Assembly: GCA_024346625.1 (NCBI GenBank)
Contig: AP024665.1
Coordinates: forward strand, 682,001 to 746,000
DNA from: Williopsis jadinii
Taxonomy: Eukaryota
Length of the DNA stretch: 64,000 nt
Direction of reading: 5' to 3'
Below the pieces are notes generated by a model. It was not told where the DNA came from and did no database searches. It was given only the letters and a program-made list of their open reading frames with translations. The position numbers and the translations under genes are program-made. Shown here piece after piece: positions 1 through 12,752 of the stretch. Numbering within the stretch: the stretch's first letter is position 1; the number at the start of each line of letters is the position of its first letter.

Positions 1-1
1 G

Positions 2-1681
2 GTGTTATCTCAAGTTGGTGAACAAATTGATACGGCAAAGCCAATATTTTTGTTCGCACCGGAACTGGGTGCTATTAACATACATGCTTTGACAATGAGC
101 CTAGAATCTGGTTGTATTTCTGAGGTTAATACTGCTTTGAACACTATTCTAGTGACATCTGCTGATAATGGTTTGACCATACCGTTGCCTGAATGTCCTG
201 AATTTTTGGATGCTATAACAACACTCGGCTTGCGTGTTTTGGATCAACTATTAAAAGGTACTAATGATAGAATTAAGGCTGGTGCGGATGATATCGATAT
301 TGAAATTATAACCCCTCAGGCATCATCAAACATTGACGAAGTCTTCTCCAAATACGTGAAGGATGATGAAGAATATGACGAAACCGAAATTCGGATAGAC
401 TCTTTTAGTGGTGAACCCATTGAAGAGACTGAAGACTCCATTGACGTTGAATCTGTACCGGATACAGTGGCTATGGATATGGATGAACCAGAATCCAATG
501 GGGTTTCTAGACAAGAAGTATCTTCTATGCCACCTAATTTTAACATTCCAGAGAAGTTTGAAATCCCATCTTACTTTGAAATGTTGACTGCCGTTCGTTC
601 AGAAACAGAAGATCCGTTCAGCACAATCCATGTGAGGACTGCAGAGGACCCTCAGGTATTACTCATCGATCAGCTTACAACCATATCAATGATTCTCAGA
701 AACATCTCATTCACAGATTACAACTCCAAGGCACTTGCGATGAATGAGAATGTAAAAGATCTATTATTCAGAATCATACACGCTATTGCAACTAATGGAG
801 ATAAATTTATCTTCACTAGACGCAGACTTGGTTTCTTGAAGGATAGTTTGATTATCCTCACAAATATATCGCACTTGCTTGAGCTCAGATCCCATAATGA
901 AGCTTTATGTGCATTGGCTCTTGTCTTAACCTTTGGCAGTGATCCTCAAACAGATGAAACTATGTTAATCCCAGACTATGTTCCATCCACCCACAAATAT
1001 CTCTCTCATGGTGTTGATGTGCTCACAAAACTTTTGGTTAGAGATCCTCCTAATAGATCACTATTCCAAGCAGTTATGACTGGTATCTATGACTCGTCGG
1101 TCCATCCACTTGTTGTTGAAGAGAATAAGAAGTTAGTGGCCTTGTACACTGGAGACCAAGGAGAATTTTTCCTTATTTCAAGGGTGTTCAAGTATTTGTT
1201 GTCTGTGATTCCATTCAACTCTTTAGCTCTACATCCATTGTTGCAGGAGAGAGAGGCTGTCATTCTTCAGGCTCTTCTTTCAGCGTTGTTGGTTGTCGAT
1301 ATGGTCCCAACTGATCAATTGAAGCAAAATATGCCTTTGACTTGGTTGTGCAGTACGGAATCTATCGGACATGGCTTAATTAGACTTGGTCTGCTATTAG
1401 CGCCATTTTCTGCTGAACCAAACAATAACGATGCATTGAAGCAAATTTCAAAGAGAGCATTGCTGTTGGTAAATGAACTCGCAGACAAAGCTCTACAACT
1501 GATTGAATTCTTGGGTAAAGAAGATGACAAGAACAAACTCAAAGACATCAAGCTACATCTCTCGCCTGACTCTATCCTCGGTTCAATGCTCAGCACAATT
1601 GACCCTATGATACTAGACCAAATTATGGCATTATACTCGCGTATTGAAAGAATCAACAAGAGTCTTGAAAGTGTTGCTTAA
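2..1681 (+). CDS. SWI1: SWI/SNF subunit Swi1 (ARID1/BAF250 family), C-terminal part; 5' end lies outside the window
   Basis: Motifs ELGAINIHALTMSLESG..SEVNTALNTILVTS and LTTISMILRNISF match the BAF250_C region; lies in the RAD1-MET12-RMI1-SKS1-ERG10 syntenic block. Confidence 0.85.
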   Translation: MLSQVGEQIDTAKPIFLFAPELGAINIHALTMSLESGCISEVNTALNTILVTSADNGLTIPLPECPEFLDAITTLGLRVLDQLLKGTNDRIKAGADDIDIEIITPQASSNIDEVFSKYVKDDEEYDETEIRIDSFSGEPIEETEDSIDVESVPDTVAMDMDEPESNGVSRQEVSSMPPNFNIPEKFEIPSYFEMLTAVRSETEDPFSTIHVRTAEDPQVLLIDQLTTISMILRNISFTDYNSKALAMNENVKDLLFRIIHAIATNGDKFIFTRRRLGFLKDSLIILTNISHLLELRSHNEALCALALVLTFGSDPQTDETMLIPDYVPSTHKYLSHGVDVLTKLLVRDPPNRSLFQAVMTGIYDSSVHPLVVEENKKLVALYTGDQGEFFLISRVFKYLLSVIPFNSLALHPLLQEREAVILQALLSALLVVDMVPTDQLKQNMPLTWLCSTESIGHGLIRLGLLLAPFSAEPNNNDALKQISKRALLLVNELADKALQLIEFLGKEDDKNKLKDIKLHLSPDSILGSMLSTIDPMILDQIMALYSRIERINKSLESVA

Positions 1682-1737
1682 TCAAAACTATATATTTGAT
1701 TTGTACTATTGTTTAAAATAATATGTTTTCCACCTTT

Positions 1738-4692
1738 TCAATCATCTTTGTAATTTGTTGTTAAATAATCATGAATTCTTCCTCCCAGATCTTCACCAAC
1801 TATCTTTACAAGTTCGTGCCTGGTTAAGCTCATCAGCTTGTTGACGTCTTTGACTTTTCTCATGATGAGATAAAAGTCGACGTTAGTAATCCCTGGTATG
1901 TTTTGTAGCAAAGCAACAACGTTTTTACCAAGTTGGATATTATCTCTTTGTTTGGCTTCGTCAAGTCCAGCATTCACAGCTTCCACAATATTTGGTTCTT
2001 CTCTCCCAGCTTTTAACTCAACCATAATCTCTGCAGTTTGGTATGGTGATGAGCTCCATAAGATCCTCATCGCTGGGAAGTTGATTACCAGTGCTGCGAG
2101 GTCCTTCTGTATTGACTCTTGCATCTTGTTCGACGATACTGGAAGCCTCTCCTTAATTCCTGGGCGACCTTGTCCTGAGAATGGCTCCAAAGAAAAACTT
2201 TGGTTGCTATCAAATTCAATGAGAAGTGCAGGATGTGCATAGTATTTAGACATACGTGCACACTGCTCGTAGAGACGACCACTAGCCAAACTGCTCATCA
2301 AATCCGGGATCGACTTTCTCTCAACACACACCTGAGGAGTCAAAATGTAATCACCAACTGTCAATACACATGGGACGACTCTCAGTCCAGTTCGGTGTAG
2401 CAATCCAGGTAATGGTGCTCGAAATTCACGAGAATCTACCAGCACTGTAGACTCATCGTCTCGATCCTTGAACTTCGCACCACCCGCAATACGGGTATTT
2501 GGGATGGCCTTCCTTACCCTGTGTATTTTAAAATCTTCATCTGCTTCATATCTCACAGCCAAGGTGGATTTTTCTCTGATGAGTTTTGTAAAAGCATCTT
2601 TTTCTTTTCGTATTGCTGTTAGGTGGCTTTGTTCTTCTAATGAGTCTGAATAATACATGAAGAACGTTCTAGCAGGGTTCTCTTTATGCACAGATTGATA
2701 GACTTCAACTCTTCTTATGAATGCCAAATCTGGCTCATACATAACAATAAATGATGGCATAGTCTCTTGCAGTATTTGATCAACCGTGGTCTCTGTATAG
2801 GTTCCGATAATGACTTGATTTTCCCTTCCTATGTATGAATAGAATTTTCCAGGATCATTGATGCTCTCAATATCTTCTTGATCGCTGATGGCATCCAGTT
2901 CCTGATCCTCAGCAACCTCAAGGTCCATTAACTCCATCTCAACCTCTTCAGGTTTCATCTTAGATTCAATATCATCACCTTGTGTTGGTGCATTGTGTAA
3001 GCGACTCACCGCTGCCATAGCAGCACCACCTCTTGTTCTTCTTCTTTTCGTTACAACAGGGGTTTTTGCAAATGCTCTTGAGATTTGAATCTCATCCTCA
3101 TTGTCTGCTGTTGCCTCCTGTATAGTAGTCGCCAGTCTCGACTTCAAATCTTTATTATCCAAATACATCTGTAACTTGTTCACCATAATCTTTCTAGCAC
3201 TGAACGTTTTGTCGTTGGATTCTCTTATCGTTGCTATTACTCTAGTCAGTTGCCTTCTTACCTTTGCATCAGAACACATGATCAAAACTGGCCCATTTTT
3301 AGACAGATCATGAGCTCTCTCATTTGAAGCATCGTCCAGTACTATAGCCAATTGCTCCCATTTAGGTGCTTGTTCTAATAAATATTCATCATTGTCAAAC
3401 ACCCTCTTTTTTGCAAACGTCACCACTGTTTGAGACTCTTCAGCCAATAGCCATGGAGACTCAGTTTGCCTTTTATCGATGGAAGGTCTATTTGCCTCTA
3501 GGACAAGTTGTATTTTCTCGTAAAAATCAACACAGTCGTACGATAAGAGACATTTAATAAGATCTTTGAGCAGTTTGATGTCTTTCACAAGCTGTTTTGA
3601 ATCATATGAGATCCTATGCCAATGAGGATCTAATATCATGTGTATAGTTCCTAAGAACCTCGGGTCCAAGGCATTTTCAATAGACCAGTAATCAATTGAT
3701 AAGGTTGGATTCTTTCTCCTCAATTCGTCGATACATTTAGTTAAACAAGCGTAAAGTCCCGTTTGTATCTGTTTCATAGCATCTGTCATCCGTACTTTGA
3801 CCTCTGTAACAGATCTCGTTGATTCTTTAACCATCAAGCTCGACGAAACCTGAATATGGAATCTTGGCCATAATATAACTTTCTTTAACCGCATATCTCT
3901 TAACTTTTTCTGTAGAGGAGCAAATCCACTCATCAATACTTCGGGACAATCAGATACTGCCTTTATAAACCCCCATTTGTTCTTCTGCCTATATATATGA
4001 GCGATGAAACTTTCATTTGATAAGTCTGTAACACGCTCAGCGTGAAGAATGACCAGACCAGTGACCTTATCCGTATCAACTATACCTGAGAGCATATCTA
4101 ATATAAAAATCGTTGAAGTGACGCTCATGATTCCACCTTTGGAATAGAGTGCCCTTCTCTTATCTGATGTGTACAGTTCACTTTTGATGATCACATAGGG
4201 TCTTTTGTTTTCCTCCCCATCTTCGTCATCGATCCAGGATAGCTCGGTCAGGTCCTCGTCAATGGTTTCATTATCGTTATCATCAGCACCGAGAAGGATA
4301 ATGAGGGCCTGTTTCCTCACATTGGCTATGGTAGCGGGGGCGCTTAAAGCGTGTAACATATTTGCCACGATGGGGCCTAATCCCAATCCTTTCCCGAGTA
4401 CCAGCAGTGAATCATCGGCGATGAGGTCCTCCAGTACAAGCTGTTGGAACTTCAAAGGCAGCGTGAGGGATATGTTCACTGGGTTTGTCTGGTGAACAAG
4501 ATCTTCATCCTCCTTAGGGGGTAGTAATGGGTACTCATCTTGCTCAGCCTGCTCATCTTGGTCAACTTGCTCAGCCTGTTCAGCCTGTTCATTCTCATCA
4601 CATGAGCCACCATCCACAACACGCTCCCTGGGCAGAGCAATAACAATCTCCTCATCATCATCACGATCGTCGTCTCGAACAAACAACGGCAT
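1738..4692 (-). CDS. RAD1: DNA repair endonuclease Rad1/XPF (984 aa from ATG 4692)
   Basis: ERCC4 nuclease motifs VLVDSREF, GDYIL, VERKSIPDL and LLIEF; helicase-like N-terminal region; HhH C-terminus. Probable start MPLFV at 4692, with an alternative in-frame ATG at 4731. Confidence 0.95.
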   Translation of the reverse strand: MPLFVRDDDRDDDEEIVIALPRERVVDGGSCDENEQAEQAEQVDQDEQAEQDEYPLLPPKEDEDLVHQTNPVNISLTLPLKFQQLVLEDLIADDSLLVLGKGLGLGPIVANMLHALSAPATIANVRKQALIILLGADDNDNETIDEDLTELSWIDDEDGEENKRPYVIIKSELYTSDKRRALYSKGGIMSVTSTIFILDMLSGIVDTDKVTGLVILHAERVTDLSNESFIAHIYRQKNKWGFIKAVSDCPEVLMSGFAPLQKKLRDMRLKKVILWPRFHIQVSSSLMVKESTRSVTEVKVRMTDAMKQIQTGLYACLTKCIDELRRKNPTLSIDYWSIENALDPRFLGTIHMILDPHWHRISYDSKQLVKDIKLLKDLIKCLLSYDCVDFYEKIQLVLEANRPSIDKRQTESPWLLAEESQTVVTFAKKRVFDNDEYLLEQAPKWEQLAIVLDDASNERAHDLSKNGPVLIMCSDAKVRRQLTRVIATIRESNDKTFSARKIMVNKLQMYLDNKDLKSRLATTIQEATADNEDEIQISRAFAKTPVVTKRRRTRGGAAMAAVSRLHNAPTQGDDIESKMKPEEVEMELMDLEVAEDQELDAISDQEDIESINDPGKFYSYIGRENQVIIGTYTETTVDQILQETMPSFIVMYEPDLAFIRRVEVYQSVHKENPARTFFMYYSDSLEEQSHLTAIRKEKDAFTKLIREKSTLAVRYEADEDFKIHRVRKAIPNTRIAGGAKFKDRDDESTVLVDSREFRAPLPGLLHRTGLRVVPCVLTVGDYILTPQVCVERKSIPDLMSSLASGRLYEQCARMSKYYAHPALLIEFDSNQSFSLEPFSGQGRPGIKERLPVSSNKMQESIQKDLAALVINFPAMRILWSSSPYQTAEIMVELKAGREEPNIVEAVNAGLDEAKQRDNIQLGKNVVALLQNIPGITNVDFYLIMRKVKDVNKLMSLTRHELVKIVGEDLGGRIHDYLTTNYKDD

Positions 4693-4789
4693 CTTCACCA
4701 ACGACCTGGCCTGGAGAGCTGTGTACAACATCCATTTAAAAGATGAGACATAAACAAAAGTAGTACAAAACACCTCGGAGAAGTCGTCC

Positions 4790-4859
4790 GTCACGTGCAC
4801 TATCCTCGGATATCTCTCACGCCACGTGACTTTCCCGGAATAAGCCACGATCACATGAC
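4790..4859. promoter_or_regulatory. Cbf1-type E-boxes in the RAD1/MET12 divergent promoter
   Basis: GTCACGTG 4790-4797, CACGTGAC 4823-4830, ATCACATGAC 4850-4859. Confidence 0.6.
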
Positions 4860-5044
4860 TGCCCCTCGGTTCTCCGTCCCATCCCACCCGCGTGGAGGGA
4901 GCCACACACCGGTGCGGGAGGCTCAAACCCTCAACCTCGCAGCCAAAATTTGAGAGGGCCCTCTCTGGGTCAAACCGTCTGCTCTTCACAGCTTGTTGTT
5001 CACCCCAGCAAAGAAGCCAATTGAAGCTGAGCATTGCGATCACA

Positions 5045-7013
<1,969 letters not shown>

Positions 7014-7047
7014 TTTCTCTCTTGTCGCACACCCGGTGTACCTTAGC

Positions 7048-7644
7048 TCATGGCAGCTGTTGCAGTCGTTCACGTAGATGTTGAATGTGCTTTTTAACCA
7101 AATCAACGTTCCATTCAGTTACAACTCCACCCAGATAAGATACATCTTGCGGCTTCAGCAGTAGACAATTGTGCGACACCTCGACGCCCTTCTTAACGAG
7201 CAGTTTCGCCCCCAGCGGTATGGGGAACCCATGCTTTGTATTCTTACTGGATAGGAAGTTCAGCTTGTCCAGCTCGATCGCATAGAACAGTGCACCTTCT
7301 CCATCTTGTAGGGTCAGTTTGAACAACGACGTGGCGTTGTTTATTGAGCTCGTCACCACGGGCTCCTGTCCATTGCCATTATCATCCTCAACGTTCATCT
7401 GCCGCACAACCCTGTTGTTTCCAAACCTGAGCCGGTCAGCGCCAACACCACCAACCTCCTCGTTCGCCAACAGCTCATCCAGCTGATCAGCAGCACTCCT
7501 CGAACAGTTCTCCAGCGAGATTATCTGGAACAGCGTCTCGTCGTTCGTGGGGGAATAGCCCCTGTGTGCCCTCTTCGCTCTCTGCGATATAGCATTGTCA
7601 GGAAACGTCGGGCTCTTCGTGATATCTGCCATTAAGAAGCTCAT
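7048..7644 (-). CDS. RMI1: Rmi1, OB-fold subunit of the Sgs1-Top3-Rmi1 complex
   Basis: Motif LFKLTLQD..FYAIEL..LGAKLLV..LLL.P..V.YLGG.V.EWN; syntenic with MET12. Confidence 0.85.
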   Translation of the reverse strand: MSFLMADITKSPTFPDNAISQRAKRAHRGYSPTNDETLFQIISLENCSRSAADQLDELLANEEVGGVGADRLRFGNNRVVRQMNVEDDNGNGQEPVVTSSINNATSLFKLTLQDGEGALFYAIELDKLNFLSSKNTKHGFPIPLGAKLLVKKGVEVSHNCLLLKPQDVSYLGGVVTEWNVDLVKKHIQHLRERLQQLP

Positions 7645-7724
7645 TTCTCACTCAATCCTGTGCTATTCAATGTTGATGTTTCGGTGGAGTAAACAAGCGA
7701 AAGGAGTGAAAAAAATCAAAACAT

Positions 7725-7755
7725 CAACAAAGACAACAAAGACAACAAAGACAAC
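7725..7755. repeat. 9-bp tandem repeat (CAACAAAGA), about 3.4 copies, in the RMI1/TRS23 divergent spacer
   Basis: Read directly from the sequence. Confidence 0.9.
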
Positions 7756-7806
7756 GGCTAGTGAACACCAGCTCTCACCGAAAAAACCACGTGGCAACTC
7801 GAGAAC

Positions 7807-8283
7807 ATGATCCAGTCGCTCTTTATCCTGAACAGATCCGGCGGGCTCATCTACCAGCACGATCTGAACGATGGATTGAACAAGCTAAGCGCCAATGAAC
7901 ACCTCATCCTTGCCGGCACGATACACGGTGTGTTTGCCATTGCTTCAAAGCCAACTCCCACCGCGGTGAAAGTCTCTGCTCAACCGCGTGCCCAGTCCCA
8001 GGGCAGTGCAGTGAACGGTAATACCTCTGGTCTGAAGAGCATTGAAACGGATAAGTTCAGCATGTACATCTTCCAGACGTTGACTGGAGTGAAGTTTCTA
8101 CTGGTTACTGATCCAGCCCAGGGCGACCTGAACAGTGGTTGTGACACCGCTGAGAACGTGCTGCGTAAGATCTACGCATTGTACGCGGACTACGTTATGA
8201 AGAACCCGTTTTACGAGATTGACATGCCCATTAGAGTGGACCTGTTTGATCGGAAAATAGCAGAGCTGGTGAAGGCTCTTTGA
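7807..8283 (+). CDS. TRS23: TRAPP subunit Trs23 (sybindin family)
   Basis: Motifs LFILNRSGGLIY, FQTLTGVKF, YADYVMKNPFYEIDMPIR. Confidence 0.93.
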   Translation: MIQSLFILNRSGGLIYQHDLNDGLNKLSANEHLILAGTIHGVFAIASKPTPTAVKVSAQPRAQSQGSAVNGNTSGLKSIETDKFSMYIFQTLTGVKFLLVTDPAQGDLNSGCDTAENVLRKIYALYADYVMKNPFYEIDMPIRVDLFDRKIAELVKAL

Positions 8284-8336
8284 GGGCGCTCTCCCTGGTA
8301 GGAGGGGGGAGGGGGCTGGAAATGTATGGCAGTCGC

Positions 8337-9440
8337 TTACAAACGAGACTCCCTGCCTTGGGCGTACTCATTGACCTGGGTGATGTACTTACCACGGTTA
8401 ACACCTTGGAATAACTGGGTCCACAGCTGTGAAACGTTTGTGAAGTTCGGTCCAATGGCCTGGACGATATGCTCTGGAAAGTTGTTGACGTCCAAAGTTC
8501 CATCCTTGAGCCATTGAGAGATCCTATGGGCAGCTTGACCAAACTCAGCAGCGTGATCCATGACGATCATGCCCTTGATGGTGATTCTCTTCGTTATGAC
8601 GTTGGCATAGTTTGTGAAACCGTCACTTGGGGAGTTATAACCTGCAACGGCTCCAACTTGCACAACGGTGCTGAAATCACTCATGTACATGATGGCGTTG
8701 TTCAAGATCCATCCCCCAACGTGATCAATCAATACATCAATCTCTGATTTGTCCGCGTTCAGCAGCTTGAACAAGTCCTTCTTGTAGCCTGGATCCTTAT
8801 AGTCCAGGCATTTGACCCTGGAACCTAAAGTTTCAACCCATTGGCACTTGTCTTTACCACCAGCAACGGCAATAACCAGCTTTGGATTCAGAACTTTGGA
8901 GATGAATTGAACACAGCTGGACCCTGCTGCCCCTGCTGCCCCTGTAACCATCCATACTCTGTTCTGTACCTGTGGAGCGTAGTGGAAGACGGTGAAATAC
9001 GCAGTCATCGTAGTACCACCAAACAGGCTAAGGTACTTGGCTAGAGGAACCTTGTGAGGGTCGACAATATGGCACTTTTCCTTCTGAGTGTCTAAAATAC
9101 GATAATCACACCAGCCTGTAAACGTTTCAACATAGCAACCTTTGGGGAACCGTGGGTTCTTTGAAGCCAACACACGGGCAATCCCATCAGCTGGTGCAAT
9201 CTCACCCAATGGAGTAACTGCCTTGTACGACTTATAAGGGGCGAACCATCCCTTCTGCGCAGGGTCGTTGGAGAGGTATATCACCTGGATGAATATCTCA
9301 CCATGTCTCAACAGCTCGTCATCAGAGACGTCGTATTCCTTGGTTATGAGCTTGAAGTTCGAGTCCTCCGTGTCGTCAAACACAATTGGCCTGTCAAAGT
9401 CGGTGTACTTGGTCAGCAGAATCTGCTGTGCCTTAATCAT
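8337..9440 (-). CDS. NADP-dependent MDR oxidoreductase (prostaglandin/alkenal reductase, YML131W-like), copy A, with C-terminal SRL
   Basis: Motifs YLSNDPAQKGW, TAYF, VTGAAGAAGS, AGG.DKC, D.VGG.IL; start MIKAQQ (ATG 9440) aligns with the paralog's N-terminus. Confidence 0.88.
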   Translation of the reverse strand: MIKAQQILLTKYTDFDRPIVFDDTEDSNFKLITKEYDVSDDELLRHGEIFIQVIYLSNDPAQKGWFAPYKSYKAVTPLGEIAPADGIARVLASKNPRFPKGCYVETFTGWCDYRILDTQKEKCHIVDPHKVPLAKYLSLFGGTTMTAYFTVFHYAPQVQNRVWMVTGAAGAAGSSCVQFISKVLNPKLVIAVAGGKDKCQWVETLGSRVKCLDYKDPGYKKDLFKLLNADKSEIDVLIDHVGGWILNNAIMYMSDFSTVVQVGAVAGYNSPSDGFTNYANVITKRITIKGMIVMDHAAEFGQAAHRISQWLKDGTLDVNNFPEHIVQAIGPNFTNVSQLWTQLFQGVNRGKYITQVNEYAQGRESRL

Positions 9441-9648
9441 TTCCGCTAGATGTATGACTCCTCTGCCGTAGCTGAGAAGTGTGAAGGTCCTTTGAAGGAC
9501 CATCGGCCTTATTTATAACTCCGTGGGGACTAGTTTGTGGGGGTGATGGGGTAGATCAAATACCCGAGGATTAAATCGAAAAAAGCCCTCTACATAGATA
9601 TCATGACGCCTGGATCGTATTACTGAATAGCTTCTCTTATACACAAGC

Positions 9649-10746
9649 TTATGGATAAGCTGCTACCTGTGTGATGTATTTTCCCTTGTTGCTTCCAGAG
9701 AACAACCCGGTCCAAATCTCGGGAATCTTCTCGAACTTGTCACCTTGAGCATCAACAATGGTCTCCTGGAAGTTGTTGATGTTGAGCTTCCCAGAGGTGA
9801 ACCAATTGACCAGCTGTCCAATAGCACTTGGTGCCTCCTTGAGATCATCGATGAGGACCATCCCTTGGATGGTCAATCTTTTGGTGATGACTTGTGAGTA
9901 GTTGTTGAAGACGTTATCTGCTGCATCACCACCGTTATAACGTGAAATGGCACCAACTTGAACAATCTTTCCGTGGACGGCCATGTGGCCAGTGGCATGG
10001 TCCAGGATCCATCCACCAACGTGGTCGACAAAGACGTTGACTCTGTCGTCACCCAATGCTTTGGTGAAGTCTTCTTTGTATGTCTCGGACTTGTAGTCCA
10101 GGCCAACAATGTTTGGACCCAAAGTTTCAACCCATTTACGCTTGGTTTCGCCTCCAGCAACGGCAAGAATCTTCTTCGGTTTATAAATGTTGGCGACGAT
10201 CTGTAACAAGGAAGAGCCAGCAGCACCAGCAGCACCTGTGATCAACCACACTTTACCTTCATCCTCTGGCGACACACCAGAATACTTTGTTGCGGTGAAA
10301 TAAGCGGTCAACGTCGTGGTACCAAAGGCACTGATGTACTTAACCAGATGTGGAACTTTAGAAACGTCCAGCTTGATGGTCAATGGGGTAGGCTCCAAGA
10401 TGTTATGAGTTGCCCAGCCCACTGGACCGTTAATGTAATCACCAACCGCAAATTGCTCACTGTTAGAGGCAATGACACGGCCAATACCTCTTGCAGGTGC
10501 TACCGTCCCCAATGGCACCGGAGGGATGTACGATTCGTAAGGTGTGAACCAGCCCTTTTGAGCAGGATCGTTTGATAAGTATATGGTTTCCACGAGGAAC
10601 TTGCCAGCTTCTAAAGTCGCATCGGTATCGTACTCCTTTGTCACCAATTTGAAAGTGGCATCTGGAGAACTGTAGTCCAGATTCACAGGCCCTTGGAAAT
10701 TGGCATAGTTCTGCAAGACGTACTGCTTGGCTGTAATTTTGGTCAT
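9649..10746 (-). CDS. NADP-dependent MDR oxidoreductase (YML131W-like), copy B
   Basis: Same motifs as copy A (YLSNDPAQKGW, ITGAAGAAGS, DHVGGWIL); start MTKITAK at ATG 10746. Confidence 0.9.
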   Translation of the reverse strand: MTKITAKQYVLQNYANFQGPVNLDYSSPDATFKLVTKEYDTDATLEAGKFLVETIYLSNDPAQKGWFTPYESYIPPVPLGTVAPARGIGRVIASNSEQFAVGDYINGPVGWATHNILEPTPLTIKLDVSKVPHLVKYISAFGTTTLTAYFTATKYSGVSPEDEGKVWLITGAAGAAGSSLLQIVANIYKPKKILAVAGGETKRKWVETLGPNIVGLDYKSETYKEDFTKALGDDRVNVFVDHVGGWILDHATGHMAVHGKIVQVGAISRYNGGDAADNVFNNYSQVITKRLTIQGMVLIDDLKEAPSAIGQLVNWFTSGKLNINNFQETIVDAQGDKFEKIPEIWTGLFSGSNKGKYITQVAAYP

Positions 10747-10906
10747 GATTGTGCTTTGTTGACAATTCACTGATTGGGGTTGCTTGAAGGATCAACTTAT
10801 GGTTAGAAAGGAGAGAACATGGAAGGATTCAAACATCACAAAGCATTTTATACACAACTGCCAGTGTCGAACATACCGAGGGAAATCGCTATGGCTCCTC
10901 ATCTTA

Positions 10907-10913
10907 TTAGTAA
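10907..10913. promoter_or_regulatory. Yap1 response element upstream of oxidoreductase B
   Basis: TTAGTAA about 160 bp upstream of the ATG; this gene family is typically induced by oxidative stress. Confidence 0.5.
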
Positions 10914-11378
10914 TTCGTCATCGCTCCAATGTCCGCAATTTCCGACTAAGTCCGCCTTAAGTCCGGCGTGGATGGGCGTCCTACATCATGGTTAGCTTGG
11001 AATTTGTAAGATAACACGGCATTGAACTGTTGATTACGAATGGATGCATTCAAAGCACATCTCATTGTCCATGGACTTATATCTCTGCCCCCCCCCCCCG
11101 ATTCGAACTCAACCATTGATGGTTGTGTATCCTGAGCAACAAAATGGGAGTTTTCCGCTTCCCTCGAAAACCCACATCCGGTTTGCTGTACTGTTCCAAA
11201 TTCCACTGATATATAAGCTGTCGGATAAATCGGTCGTTGTTGTAGGCGAAGGGCTGTGTAGTGAGTAGCTGTTTAAATCGTACAACTTTTTTGTGTCAAC
11301 GTCCTGATTTCTGCAATGACGTCTTCGTCGTAAGACGCGTGCGATCTACGAGTTAGTGAGGTTCAGACCCCAGCAGCT

Positions 11379-11410
11379 TGAGAGCCCAGGAGCCTGAGAG
11401 CCAAGGAGCT
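11379..11410. repeat. 16-bp imperfect tandem duplication
   Basis: TGAGAGCCCAGGAGCC followed by TGAGAGCCAAGGAGCT. Confidence 0.8.
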
Positions 11411-12752
11411 CCAACAGGATCGAGGGGATAGGAGGGCGGCGATCTTTCTGCATACGGCCACTGGCCAACAAATGAGATGGTCGTGGAGATCACTTGTGGT
11501 AGCTCCAGGGCTACTACTTTTGGACGAGGACACTGGAGAGTAGTCCTAGTCGTCTAGTGGAGGTAGCTCTGTCAGGGCTACGCTTTTCGCGTGAATCCAG
11601 CTCTGGTTGTTCACCACGTGCTTTTTTGTACGCAATTGTGATACCTTGGGGCCCTGGAAAGCAATCTCTTGAACGGTAGCAGAGGGCCAGAGAGAGCATC
11701 AACGGGCTCCCCTACGTTGCTCAGACACCGAATCTAGGACCACCTATTACGTAATGACGGATCCATACTGCCGCATTCGAATCTCGGGGTGACTCAACAA
11801 GGGGTATACACTGTAGAGGAAACTCAAAGGCCCAACGCCACAGCGATAGGTCTTTGGGCCAAGTACATCGTTTAATTTCGCCATCGATGGACACCTCATC
11901 GTGGGCTTTTCTTTTTCTCCGTGAGGCCGTAGGTTGCCCGGAATCCTGATTCTGCAGTTGAACGAGAGGGCAAACGAAAAAATCAGCTGTCGTCTGCAAA
12001 CTAAAAAAAGGTCACTGCCTGAAAACAGTAACTCAAAGCCCAACAAACAACCGTGGTTCAGAGCCCACTATGTGTAGAAATAACATAGCTGTTGCTGTGT
12101 GCGTGTACGACAGCGGTGGGCGTGTATTGCTGACCGTCGCCTAATGTGAGGAGTCCCCTTATTCGGAAACAACCACCTTACACGGTCTCAACAAAGTCTT
12201 TTACTGTCGCACTGGCGCTCATTAGGCAGGTTGTTTCTATAAATTGTGAACGCACAAGCATTGACGCAATGTACTGGAAAGGCTCCTTAACAAGAATAGC
12301 TTCGACTTTTACTGTCGCCGTAACTCCTGACTGAATATCGTGTGGCAGCCCCTTGGACCCAAGTGAAAATTTTTCCGTTGCCAATCAGCCCTACGTGGGC
12401 CAACCAGGCAGACAGCGACCCCCAAAAGTTGCCTTTGGAACCTGGTGACAACTTTTCCTGTCTAAGGAAAAAAGAGCATATGCAACAGAAGAAAAACCAC
12501 ACCACACCTGGGAGTTTGAGATCCAAAGCGCTGCACGTTTGTACGTCAGTCCATAAAAACCGTGAAACCAGGAAAACGTAACCATACGAGCCCTCGTGAG
12601 ATTTTATATATAGAGCCCAAGAGATCGTATTGTCTCAGCTGTTTATTGTGTTTATCTGCTTGTTTACATCCCGTACACATATACATAGTTGTTGCTTTAC
12701 TATACAATTATAGATTACAGCTAGTGTCAAGGACACCCAACAATAGTACAAC

